Assembly: GCA_030599585.1 (NCBI GenBank)
Contig: JAUVNS010000028.1
Location: forward strand, 1-39,207
Direction of reading: 5' to 3'
DNA from: Promethearchaeota archaeon
GTDB lineage: Archaea; Asgardarchaeota; Lokiarchaeia; Sigyniarchaeales; SOKP01
Length of the DNA stretch: 39,207 nt
Below the pieces are notes generated by a model. The model did no database searches, had not been told where the DNA came from, and was given only the letters and a program-made list of their open reading frames with translations. A program made the translations under genes and the position numbers. Of the stretch, positions 9,993-19,405 are shown in pieces (positions within the stretch are counted from its first letter, which is position 1; each line of letters starts with the position of its first letter).

Positions 9993-10718
9993 ATGCCACT
10001 ACCAATGAAAGACATTAAATTAAGCATTCTGGTACCCGCTTATAATGAAGAAACAAGAATTCCTAAATTTTTAAAGGAGTTACTAAAATTTACTGAGAAT
10101 AATTTGGAAAGCTATGAAATTATAGTAATTAATGATGGATCTTTGGACAAAACTAAGGAAACCGTATTAAAGTTAATTACAAATTATGATCGAGCAAGGT
10201 TAATTAGCTACGACGATAACATGGGAAAAGGTCACGCCGTTTTACAAGGTATTTTAAATGCTAAAGGAAAATTCATTCTTTTTATCGATGCAGATGGTTC
10301 AATTAAACCCCCTGAAATATTGAAGATGTATAAAATCTTTCAAAAATTTCATTTTGATATAATAGTAGGTTCTCGAATCTTAAAATCGTCCAATATTACA
10401 GAGTCCCAACCTTATAGTAGAAGAATCTCAAGCAAAATATTCAATCTATATTCTAATCTATTGTTTAGAATCAATATAAATGATTTATTATGTGGATTTA
10501 AAGGATTTTCTCGAGAGGTTGCGCATAAAATTTTTATTGATTTGAAGGCTTATAGGTGGGAATTCGATGTTGAGATATTATACCGCGCAAGAAAGAATGG
10601 ATTTAAGGTTTTTGAACTTCCTATAGAATGGAGGCATGAAGAAGGGTCTAAAATGACCTTACTAGATCCAATTTTTATATTTTTGAATCTTTTCAAACTA
10701 CGCTTAAGCTATCTTTAA
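9993..10718 (+). CDS. GT2 polyprenyl/dolichyl-phosphate glycosyltransferase (ALG5/DPG-synthase-like)
   Basis: LSILVPAYNEE, INDGSLD, NMGKG, FIDADG, CGFKGF, WEFDVEILY, W...EGSK. Confidence 0.9.
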   Translation: MPLPMKDIKLSILVPAYNEETRIPKFLKELLKFTENNLESYEIIVINDGSLDKTKETVLKLITNYDRARLISYDDNMGKGHAVLQGILNAKGKFILFIDADGSIKPPEILKMYKIFQKFHFDIIVGSRILKSSNITESQPYSRRISSKIFNLYSNLLFRININDLLCGFKGFSREVAHKIFIDLKAYRWEFDVEILYRARKNGFKVFELPIEWRHEEGSKMTLLDPIFIFLNLFKLRLSYL

Positions 10719-11734
10719 AGTGAATTTGAATTCTTGAATTTTTTAGTATCAATATCCTTAAATCTAAAATTTATAGCAATTGTCGAAATACCTCCATATA
10801 TGAACACATACACCATTCGAAGAATGTGGTCTAATATAAAAACTGAGAGTATTTCGTTGTATGGGATTGCGGGGTAAAATACGGATAACAATAATGCTCC
10901 GATAATTTCAGATACACCCCATCCACCAGGTGTAATAGGTATTGTTTTAGTAAAAAAAGTAACGATTTGAGCCAGCATAATTATGAAAATATTCATTTGA
11001 AAACCAATTAAATAAAAGAATAATACCAAGGTTAAGGATTCAAAAAGCCAAGTTGGAATGTTATAAAGAAGGATTAATAATATCCTCTTTTTATCTTTTC
11101 GAAGATCTTTTAGGCCCTCCACAAATCTTACAATAAATCTTTCTAATAAATTTTTGAGTTTGGGGGATATTTTATTAGTAATAGATAAAATCCAATCCGT
11201 TTTGAAAAATAGCAACATTAAACCTACAACGCCAATAAAGAGAATTATAGCGCCAATAATGATAAAAAAATGTAAGTTTAACTCAGTGATGTATGTAACA
11301 CTACTCAAATAAATATATAATAATGTAAAAGAGGTAATTGAAAAAAGAATTATTAAATCAATGAAACGATCAATTAAAACAGCACATAAGCATTTACTTA
11401 AAGGGAAATTATGTTCTTTTTGACGGATATATTCCATTTTTACGAAATCACCCAATTTAGCGGGAGTTAATTCGTTTATCGCCCAACCAGTACCTATTGC
11501 ACCATAAATAATAAAATAACTTGGTTCCAAATTGATACCATTAAAAACTAGTTTCAATTTAAAAGCGCGAAAGATAAAAGCCAGAGTGTAAATAATTGAA
11601 AATAAGAAAATACCCCAAATAGAAATTCTTTGTAAATTAAGTAAAATTGTTTGAAAATCTACATAGACAATCATAAGTATTATAATTGCTAAAGTAACAA
11701 ATGCAATCAAGATACGTTTTGTTTTGACTTCCAT
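10715..11734 (-). CDS. Lysylphosphatidylglycerol-synthase TM domain / UPF0104 flippase-like protein
   Basis: Polytopic; FRA.K, N.LTPAKLGD..K, DRFID, PITPGGWGVSE motifs; 4-bp convergent overlap with the GT2 gene. Confidence 0.88.
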   Translation of the reverse strand: MEVKTKRILIAFVTLAIIILMIVYVDFQTILLNLQRISIWGIFLFSIIYTLAFIFRAFKLKLVFNGINLEPSYFIIYGAIGTGWAINELTPAKLGDFVKMEYIRQKEHNFPLSKCLCAVLIDRFIDLIILFSITSFTLLYIYLSSVTYITELNLHFFIIIGAIILFIGVVGLMLLFFKTDWILSITNKISPKLKNLLERFIVRFVEGLKDLRKDKKRILLILLYNIPTWLFESLTLVLFFYLIGFQMNIFIIMLAQIVTFFTKTIPITPGGWGVSEIIGALLLSVFYPAIPYNEILSVFILDHILRMVYVFIYGGISTIAINFRFKDIDTKKFKNSNSL

Positions 11735-11847
11735 TAGAATAAAAATTAAATTTCCTAAATAAATTTAAAGAAAATAAAAGTAAATTTTATTTTTCCGATT
11801 AGTATACTTTAAATTAGAATCATTATTGAATATCGCTTTTATTTCGC

Positions 11848-13110
11848 ATGAAAAAAGTTGAATTACTGGCTCCTGCTAAAAATATAAAATCCATTAAAGC
11901 GGCTTCTCAGTACGCTGACTCAGTTTATTTTGGAATTGAAAAATTCAATATGCGTGTGCGAGCTAAAAATATTGCTTTAGAAAATATAAATAAAGTTGTG
12001 GATTTCTGCCACAAAGTTGGATTAAAAGCGTATTTAGCTACGAACATTTTAGTTTATGATAGCGAATTAAGATACTTACGAGAAATCATAGAAAAAGGAA
12101 AAGAAGCAGGGATTGATGCATTTATTGTGCACGATATTGCAGCTATTGAAATAGCAAAAGAAATGGGAGTACATTTTCATATATCTACGCAGTGCAACAT
12201 ATCTAATTCTTTATCTGCAAGATTTTACGAAAATTTAGGGGCAGAAAGATTAATACTCGCAAGGGAATTATCACTAGAGAAAATTAAAGAAATTAAGAGG
12301 AATCTCACTAAATCAGAAATAGAAATTTTCATTCACGGAGCAATGTGTGCCTCCATAAGCGGTAGGTGCTATTTTTCTCAAGATATTTGCGGTACAGAAG
12401 CAAAATCCGCAAATCGAGGTAATTGTATACAACCTTGTAGAAGACGGTGGTGGGTAAGGGAGGAATCTGGTGCTGAATATATATATGATGGAGTACGATT
12501 TATGAATTCACGAGATCTTTGTACTATAGCTTACATCCCAAAACTAATAGAATCAAAAGTAGATGCTTTCAAAATTGAGGGCAGAATGAGACACCCCCAT
12601 TATGTTGAGATAGTTACGAAAACTTATCGTGAAGCAATTGAAGCTTACTATGCTGGAACATTTACAAAAAAAAAAGCTGGAAGATGGGTAACCGAATTAA
12701 AAAAAGTTTATAATCGCGGATTTACTCCGGGGTTTTACTTTAAAAGGGTGACAGAAGAAGACCATCAGCACAAATCACCAGCGAATTTGTCGCATTTTAG
12801 ATATATAAAATTAGGTGTAGTTAATGAATATGATCCAAAGAAACACTATGCGTCCATATCTCTAAACAATGGTTATTTGACGAAAAACGACGATGTTATT
12901 ATTATGGGCAAAAATACTGACACATATTTGCATCAAAAGGCTAAACAAGTATTCTACGATGGTAAATTGGTTGACAAAACTCCACGAGGAACCAAGAAAG
13001 ATGAGATAAATATAGAGTTACATGTAGATGGTAAAGTAATTGGTAACGGAGAAGATATAATCTATATTTTCACTGATAAAACATATAAGTTGAAAAAATA
13101 TTCTTTTTAA
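11848..13110 (+). CDS. Peptidase U32 family protein (TrhP/RlhA-like Fe-S RNA hydroxylation protein)
   Basis: ELLAPA, HISTQ, ILARELS, HGAMCASISGRC, NRGNCIQPCR, KIEGRM. Confidence 0.92.
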   Translation: MKKVELLAPAKNIKSIKAASQYADSVYFGIEKFNMRVRAKNIALENINKVVDFCHKVGLKAYLATNILVYDSELRYLREIIEKGKEAGIDAFIVHDIAAIEIAKEMGVHFHISTQCNISNSLSARFYENLGAERLILARELSLEKIKEIKRNLTKSEIEIFIHGAMCASISGRCYFSQDICGTEAKSANRGNCIQPCRRRWWVREESGAEYIYDGVRFMNSRDLCTIAYIPKLIESKVDAFKIEGRMRHPHYVEIVTKTYREAIEAYYAGTFTKKKAGRWVTELKKVYNRGFTPGFYFKRVTEEDHQHKSPANLSHFRYIKLGVVNEYDPKKHYASISLNNGYLTKNDDVIIMGKNTDTYLHQKAKQVFYDGKLVDKTPRGTKKDEINIELHVDGKVIGNGEDIIYIFTDKTYKLKKYSF

Positions 13111-13142
13111 TAACAACAATTAAATCGAAATTCATAATTACT

Positions 13143-14060
13143 ATGGAGAAAAAAGTCAAAAAGATTGTTGAGTCTGTTCCTAATTATAGCGAAGGCACAG
13201 ACGGAAAAAAAGTCGAAGAGATCGTTTCTGAAATTAAAAACACGCCTCAAACTAAAATTGTTGACGTTCAATACGACGCGGATTATAATCGAGCAGTAAT
13301 TACGTTTGTAGGAACCCCAGAAGCTGTTTTGAGGGCAAATATAGCTGCTGCTAAAAAAGCAATAGAATTAATTGATATGAACAAGCATAAGGGTCAACAT
13401 CCTCGAATAGGTGCAATTGATGTAGTTCCATTTGTTCCCGCTCAGAATGTTTCAATTGAAGAGTGTATTGAATTATCGAATCGATTTGCTGAGGAAATGG
13501 CAAGAGAGGGAGTTCCAGTATATTTATACGAAGAATCGGCAAAATTTCTTGAAAGAAAAAATATTGATAAGATAAGAAAGGGGGAATATGAAGGATTAAA
13601 AGAAAGTATTGAAACAGATCCTAATAGAAAACCAGATTTTGGACCTTCTAAATTTCATCCAACAGCGGGAGCGATTGTTACAGGGGCTAGGTATCCTCTT
13701 ATTAGCTTTAATATCAACCTTGGGACTAAAAATGTAAAAATAGCAAAAAAAGTAGCTAAAGCAATCCACTTGCAATCGGGGGGATTAGTTAATGTTAAGG
13801 CAATGGGTACGGATTTAAAAGAAAGAGATTGTGTTCAAGTGGGTATTAGTAATATTAATTTCAAAAAGACTCCTCTTTATCGGCAGATGGAACTCGTACG
13901 AATTGAAGCTGCGCGTTATGGTGTGTCAATCGTCGGAACCGAGTTAATAGGAGTGTTACCTTTAGAAGCTGTTCTTAATTCGTTAGATTATTACTTACAG
14001 CTTGAAAATCCTAAAAAACTTGAACCAAAACATCTATTAGAAGATTATTTTGATTTTTAG
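13143..14060 (+). CDS. ftcD: Glutamate formiminotransferase (stand-alone, no cyclodeaminase domain)
   Basis: ESVPNYSEG, D.DYNRAVIT, HKGQHPRIGAIDVVPFVP, RKGEYEGL, PDFGP, GAR.PLI.FNINL. Confidence 0.93.
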   Translation: MEKKVKKIVESVPNYSEGTDGKKVEEIVSEIKNTPQTKIVDVQYDADYNRAVITFVGTPEAVLRANIAAAKKAIELIDMNKHKGQHPRIGAIDVVPFVPAQNVSIEECIELSNRFAEEMAREGVPVYLYEESAKFLERKNIDKIRKGEYEGLKESIETDPNRKPDFGPSKFHPTAGAIVTGARYPLISFNINLGTKNVKIAKKVAKAIHLQSGGLVNVKAMGTDLKERDCVQVGISNINFKKTPLYRQMELVRIEAARYGVSIVGTELIGVLPLEAVLNSLDYYLQLENPKKLEPKHLLEDYFDF

Positions 14061-14068
14061 AATCCAAT

Positions 14069-15406
14069 TTATAATTTCTCGAAATCTACTACAACCTTAC
14101 CATTTTTTATAACCTTTGATACTAAATTCACACCAAATTGGTAGGGAAGAAAATTATGATTTGGTACGTCAAAAACTATTATATCTGCTTTTTTACCAAC
14201 TTCTAAGCTACCAATTTCTTCTTGCCTTCCAATCGCACAAGCAGCATTGATGGTGGCTGCTGATAAGGCTTCAGCTGGTGACATTTTCATATGATAACAA
14301 GCCAATGCGATTATAATTTGCATGGATTCGGTCCAACAATTTGGATTAAAGTCAGTAGCTAGAGCTATAGGAATACCCATTTCAATCATCTTTCTTGCGG
14401 GAGCATAATCTTTCAGCATTAAACAAAACGGAGTTCCTGGTAATAGCGTAGCAATTGTTTTGCTCTCTTTCAATGCTTTTAACCCTTTATCATTAGATTT
14501 TAGCATGTGTCCTACTTGCACTGCATTTAATTCGGCTGCTAAAAAAGCACCATTAGAGTCAACAATTTCATCAATGTGAATCTGCGGTTTCATACCGTAT
14601 TTAATGGCCGTTAATAATATTTTTTTAGTTTGTTCTGTCGAGAAAATCCCCTTTTCACAAAAAACATCGCAAAATTCTGCTAATTCTTCTTTTGCTATTT
14701 TTGGGATCATTTCCGATACTATGAGTTCTACATATTCATCGGTTTTCCCTTTATATTCGGGTGGAACTGCATGAGCCCCTAGAAATGTAGAGATTATATC
14801 AATGGGGTGCTCAAGATTCAATTCTTTTGCCGCTAGTAACGACTTGATTTCACTCTCTGTATCCAAACCATATCCAGATTTAGTTTCAATTGTAGTTGTG
14901 CCATATTCCATCATTCTATTAAGAATTGTTTTTCCATTTTTAATTAATTGCGTTAACGGAGCTTTTCTTGTTGCTTTAACTGTCTTTAAAATACCTCCTC
15001 CGGATTCCAATATTTCAAGATAAGTCATACCTGCAAGTTTCATTTCGAGCTCGTTTTCTCTATATCCATCAAAAATAATATGAGTATGAGGATCGATAAA
15101 TCCTGGCGTTACCAACTTATTTGTTGCATCGATAATAATTGTCTCTTCATTCGGAGGGAATTTCGCAATTAATTCTTGGGTAGTTCCTACGAATTTTATA
15201 GAGCCACGAGATATTGCTAGAGCTCCATCGGGAATAATAGCAAGGTTTTTCATGTCTTTACCCACTCTTGGAACACCGTAAGTAGTATCCATTGTTACAA
15301 GTTCATTTGCGTGAATAATGATTAAATCCACTTGAGCTGTTTGTTCATTATTGTTTTGATCACTTCTTTTTATTCTTTTAGGTGTGGGGGTTGATCTTAC
15401 AGACAT
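14069..15406 (-). CDS. hutI: Imidazolonepropionase
   Basis: PGFIDPHTH, GGGIL.TV.ATR, GTTTIETKSGYGL, TFLGAH, DVFCE, H.DE, ATDFNP. Confidence 0.96.
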   Translation of the reverse strand: MSVRSTPTPKRIKRSDQNNNEQTAQVDLIIIHANELVTMDTTYGVPRVGKDMKNLAIIPDGALAISRGSIKFVGTTQELIAKFPPNEETIIIDATNKLVTPGFIDPHTHIIFDGYRENELEMKLAGMTYLEILESGGGILKTVKATRKAPLTQLIKNGKTILNRMMEYGTTTIETKSGYGLDTESEIKSLLAAKELNLEHPIDIISTFLGAHAVPPEYKGKTDEYVELIVSEMIPKIAKEELAEFCDVFCEKGIFSTEQTKKILLTAIKYGMKPQIHIDEIVDSNGAFLAAELNAVQVGHMLKSNDKGLKALKESKTIATLLPGTPFCLMLKDYAPARKMIEMGIPIALATDFNPNCWTESMQIIIALACYHMKMSPAEALSAATINAACAIGRQEEIGSLEVGKKADIIVFDVPNHNFLPYQFGVNLVSKVIKNGKVVVDFEKL

Positions 15407-15419
15407 GATATTCTCTTCT

Positions 15420-16943
15420 CTAAACTTTGTTGGATAATTTAACTAATTCATTACTCTTCACAATATCTAAAGCTTTATTTATATATTCAGATAAAACTAC
15501 GTCCTCGTTAAGATGGGGGATTTTTTGACGAACATAAGTATGACATGCTTCTAGAATTACGCTGGATTTTATTGGCCTCCTAAAATCAAATGCTTGAGCG
15601 GCGCATAAAAGTTCGATAGCCAAAATCTTTTCGAGGTTATCAATGATTCGAAGCGTCTTTCTGGCACTAATTGATCCCATACTTACATGATCTTCTTGTC
15701 CCATTGATGTTGGAATACTATCTGCACTTGCTGGAAAGCACATCGATTTATTCTCACTTGCTAATGCTGCTGTAGTATATTGAGTTATCATGAAACCCGA
15801 ATTTAATCCAGATTCTTTGATTAAATAAGCGGGTAAACCCCACTTTCCTTCTAACAAGAGGTAGGTTCTTCTATCTGATATATTTCCTATTACTGAAGCG
15901 GCCAATCCAACATAATCTAAAGGTAACGCAAGGGGTTGTCCGTGGAAATTACCTCCACTTATTGCTTTTTCTTCGTTAAAGATTATAGGATTATCAGTTA
16001 CTGAATTTAATTCACAAATTAATACTTCGTTGAAGTGAAAATAAGCATCTCTAGAAGCACCATGGACTTGTGGTATGCATCGTATAGAATAAGGATCTTG
16101 AACTCTCCCACAATCTTTATGAGATTCAATAAATTGAGAATCCTTTAGAAGACTTCTAAATTTTTGAGCTACAAGCATTGCACCGTGATGTGGTCTTAAC
16201 TTAATCAGTTCTTCATCAAAAGGTTGAGATGAACCTAAATAAGCTTCAAGACTGAGTGCACCAATAATATCGGCGTTATCGAGACAATTACTAAATTTTT
16301 CAGAGATAATTACAGCATGTGCTGTAATAAATTGTGTCCCATTAATCAATGCTAAACCCTCTTTAGCATGCAATTTCATAGAGGATAAATCGTAATCGTT
16401 TAGTATCTCTGCTGCTTTGTGATAATTTTTACCATCTTTTGATAAATAACCTAGCCCAATTAATGGTAGAAACAAATGAGCTAAAGGAGCGAGGTCTCCA
16501 GACGCTCCTACGGAGCCTTGCTCTGGAACCAATGGAATTATATTGGTTTCTATATGCCAATTAATGCGTTCAATCACTTCTAAAGAAATTCCAGAAAATC
16601 CTTTACATAAAGCATGAATTTTCAAAATCATCATTAATTTTGATAATACTTGTTCAATAGGTTCACCAACACCTACGCTATGACTTTTTAAAAGATTTTC
16701 TTGTAATTTACCAGTTTCTTCTTTTGAAATAATGGTAGTGCATAGCGAACCAAACCCCGTGTTAACACTATATACTATTTTTTTACCTTTAGCTATTTTC
16801 TGAACTGTTTCATAGTTCTTTATAACTCTTGATTTAACTTCTTCAGTAATTATTCCGCTTACATCCCCATTAGCAATCTGTAAGGCTAATTTAGGGGTTA
16901 AGTGACCAATGCCATATTTAAACTCTTTATTCATTTTAATCAT
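15420..16943 (-). CDS. hutH: Histidine ammonia-lyase (start may be the ATG at 16934)
   Basis: NTGFG, MIO-forming GSVGASGDLAPL, KEGLALINGT, QDPYSIRC.PQVHGA, SGGNFHG, QEDHVSMG. Confidence 0.97.
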   Translation of the reverse strand: MIKMNKEFKYGIGHLTPKLALQIANGDVSGIITEEVKSRVIKNYETVQKIAKGKKIVYSVNTGFGSLCTTIISKEETGKLQENLLKSHSVGVGEPIEQVLSKLMMILKIHALCKGFSGISLEVIERINWHIETNIIPLVPEQGSVGASGDLAPLAHLFLPLIGLGYLSKDGKNYHKAAEILNDYDLSSMKLHAKEGLALINGTQFITAHAVIISEKFSNCLDNADIIGALSLEAYLGSSQPFDEELIKLRPHHGAMLVAQKFRSLLKDSQFIESHKDCGRVQDPYSIRCIPQVHGASRDAYFHFNEVLICELNSVTDNPIIFNEEKAISGGNFHGQPLALPLDYVGLAASVIGNISDRRTYLLLEGKWGLPAYLIKESGLNSGFMITQYTTAALASENKSMCFPASADSIPTSMGQEDHVSMGSISARKTLRIIDNLEKILAIELLCAAQAFDFRRPIKSSVILEACHTYVRQKIPHLNEDVVLSEYINKALDIVKSNELVKLSNKV

Positions 16944-16952
16944 GTTTATTTT

Positions 16953-18962
16953 TTATTTTTTCAATTTCGAATCTACAATTTTTCTAACCATGCTCTCGTC
17001 TATTTGGAAGGGTAAAGTAATTTGACCTCTATCCTCATGCTTTACGTTCCAATTATAAGCTGTGTCTAAAGCGTTTACATTTCTCGCCCACGCTCTTCTT
17101 GCTACGCCACAGGTTACATCCCATTCTATAGCACTTCTGATAATTTCATTAACGCGTGCGGATCCATCCAAAACTAATCCAAATCCTCCATTAATAGCCT
17201 TTCCAGTGCCAACACCACCTCCGTTTGATAATACACACATCGTCATACCTCGGGCGATATTTCCAGCCCAACTATGGTGAGCCATATCTGCCATAATATT
17301 ACTACCATCTTTAATATTTGATGTTTCTCTGAACGGAGAGTCTGTACCAGATACATCATGATGGTCTCTACCGAGCATTATAGGTCCAATTTCGCCAGAC
17401 CTGATTAATTCGTTAAACTTTAAAGCTATTTTTACGCGTGTTTCCATATCGGCATATAATATACGAGCTTGTGAACCCACTACTAGGTTGTTCCTTTCAG
17501 CATTCTTAATCCAATTCCAATTATCGCGATCTTGAGCTCTACGGTTTGGATCTATACAAGAAAGAGCGACTTGATCTGTTTTTATTAAATCTGCATGATC
17601 TAAACTTAAGCAAACCCATCGAAAAGGACCATATCCATAATCAAAGCATAATGGTCCCATGATGTGTTCAACATAAGAGGGAAAGATGAACCCATTTTTT
17701 GGGTCTCCATCTATTGCAATTTCCATAACTCCCGCATCATAAACAGCTTTGAGAAAGGAATTACCATAATCCCAAAATTTCGTTCCCCTATTTACCATAA
17801 TTTTGATAAGTCTATATTGTTCACGCAATGATTCATTAACTAGTTTTTTGAATTCTTTTCGATTTGTTTTCAACAATTCTCTACCTTCTTCGAAATTTAC
17901 GCCAAAAGGAGTGTAACCTCCATCGTAAGGAGCGTGACAAGACGTCTGATCTGAGGCGAGTTCAACTGTAATATCATGTTCAACGATATATTTCCATATA
18001 TCAACCACATTACCTTGATAAGCTATAGACACGGGTTCTTTTTTTGATCTATATTCTTCGACCCAAGTAAAGATTTCTTCAAGGTTTTTTGAAACTTTTT
18101 TTACCCATCCTTGTTCGTATCGAGTTGCAATACGAGAAATATCAACCTCTGCTATTATGCCGATACCACCTGCGATTTCTATAGCTTTAGCTTGAGCCCC
18201 ACTCATACCACCTAAGCCAGAAGTAATATATAAAACACCTTTGAGCCCTTCTTCTGGAGGTATTTTAAGATAAAGTCTTCCTGCATTTAGCAATGTGATG
18301 TATGTTCCGTGAACGATTCCTTGGGGGCCAATATACATCCAGCCACCGCTTGTCATTTGGCCGTAGTTCGCGACGCCCAAGGCCGAAACTCTGATGAATT
18401 CTTCGGGTGTATCGAATAAACCAACCATTAAGCCGTTAGTCATAATTGCACGTGGAGCATCTCTTTTGCTAGGGAACAAACCGAGGGGATGACCAGACAT
18501 AACCACAAACGTTTGATCTTCTTGCATTTGTTCTAAGTATCTCTTGATTAACCTATATTGCATCCAATTTTGACACACTTGCCCACTTTCACCGTATGTA
18601 ACTAATTCATAGGGATAAAGTGCGACATCAAAATCTAAATTGTTATCGATCATAAGTTGTATCGCTCGTGCTTCAAGAATACCTTTGTACTCATTGATGG
18701 GCTTAGCTTTTATCAGTTCGGATGGTCGATAACGGTAAGCATAAATTCTTCCTTTATTAATTAACTCATTTAAAAATTCTGGAGCAATTTGGTCATGTAA
18801 GCTTTCAGGAATGTATCTTAACGCATTTTTTAGAGCAAGAATTGTTTCTTCACGATTTAAGTTATATCCACGACTAGGAGCCCTACGAATACCTTGTTCG
18901 AACACTGGATCAAGTGGTAATTCATCGTGTAATTTAATTTTCATTGCTTTAGTAATGTCCAT
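16953..18962 (-). CDS. hutU: Urocanate hydratase, long (~670 aa) form
   Basis: NNLD..VALYPYELVTYG, YGQMTSGGWMYIGPQGIVHGT, GLGGMSGAQ, SDQTSCH, GYGPFRW, RDHHDVSGTDSPFRETSNI. Confidence 0.97.
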   Translation of the reverse strand: MDITKAMKIKLHDELPLDPVFEQGIRRAPSRGYNLNREETILALKNALRYIPESLHDQIAPEFLNELINKGRIYAYRYRPSELIKAKPINEYKGILEARAIQLMIDNNLDFDVALYPYELVTYGESGQVCQNWMQYRLIKRYLEQMQEDQTFVVMSGHPLGLFPSKRDAPRAIMTNGLMVGLFDTPEEFIRVSALGVANYGQMTSGGWMYIGPQGIVHGTYITLLNAGRLYLKIPPEEGLKGVLYITSGLGGMSGAQAKAIEIAGGIGIIAEVDISRIATRYEQGWVKKVSKNLEEIFTWVEEYRSKKEPVSIAYQGNVVDIWKYIVEHDITVELASDQTSCHAPYDGGYTPFGVNFEEGRELLKTNRKEFKKLVNESLREQYRLIKIMVNRGTKFWDYGNSFLKAVYDAGVMEIAIDGDPKNGFIFPSYVEHIMGPLCFDYGYGPFRWVCLSLDHADLIKTDQVALSCIDPNRRAQDRDNWNWIKNAERNNLVVGSQARILYADMETRVKIALKFNELIRSGEIGPIMLGRDHHDVSGTDSPFRETSNIKDGSNIMADMAHHSWAGNIARGMTMCVLSNGGGVGTGKAINGGFGLVLDGSARVNEIIRSAIEWDVTCGVARRAWARNVNALDTAYNWNVKHEDRGQITLPFQIDESMVRKIVDSKLKK

Positions 18963-19163
18963 ACTTTAACCTAACATAAATATGTATATATATTTTAGAG
19001 TAAATGTTTCATACCACTAAAAAATGTTCCAAATGAAATTCAAATTTTATAAAACTTTTTCTTATTATGACCCGAAAAATAGCAATGAGATAAAGGAAAA
19101 AGATAAAATGAAGTGAACTATTTTCGTATTAAAAAAGACCTATAGATGAGTTGAACAATTAAA

Positions 19164-19367
19164 TTGAAGGGAACAAAGCGAGCAGACATCAAAAATGGCA
19201 TTCGAGTTTTAATCGTATTAAAGAAAGACCAGCGATCTGGCAAGTTAACAGAAGGTATAGTCAAAGATATTCTTACAAATTCTCCTAATCACCATCATGG
19301 AATTAAAGTTAGGTTGAAGAGTGGTGAAATTGGGCGAGTAAAAAAAATAGTTAGCTCTAAACAATAG
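19164..19367 (+). CDS. YwbE family (DUF2196) small protein, TTG start
   Basis: IVLKKDQRSGKLTEGIVKDILTNSPNHHHGIKVRL.SG.IGRV is the characteristic YwbE sequence. Confidence 0.9.
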   Translation: MKGTKRADIKNGIRVLIVLKKDQRSGKLTEGIVKDILTNSPNHHHGIKVRLKSGEIGRVKKIVSSKQ

Positions 19368-19382
19368 GTTAGTAGAAACTAT

Positions 19383-19405
19383 AAAAAAAGAAAAATTAAA
19401 AAAAA
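19383..19405 (-). terminator. Oligo-T terminator candidate for the AOR gene
   Basis: A7-G-A5-TT-A8 on the + strand gives U-tracts directly after the AOR stop on the - strand. Confidence 0.5.

Noticed and set aside
18978-18995. Near-palindrome aaatatgtatatatattt upstream of hutU, resembling a bacterial HutC operator (TGTA-N2-TACA)
   Set aside because: The match is imperfect, the sequence is low complexity, it sits where an archaeal TATA box is expected, and there is no HutC gene in the window.
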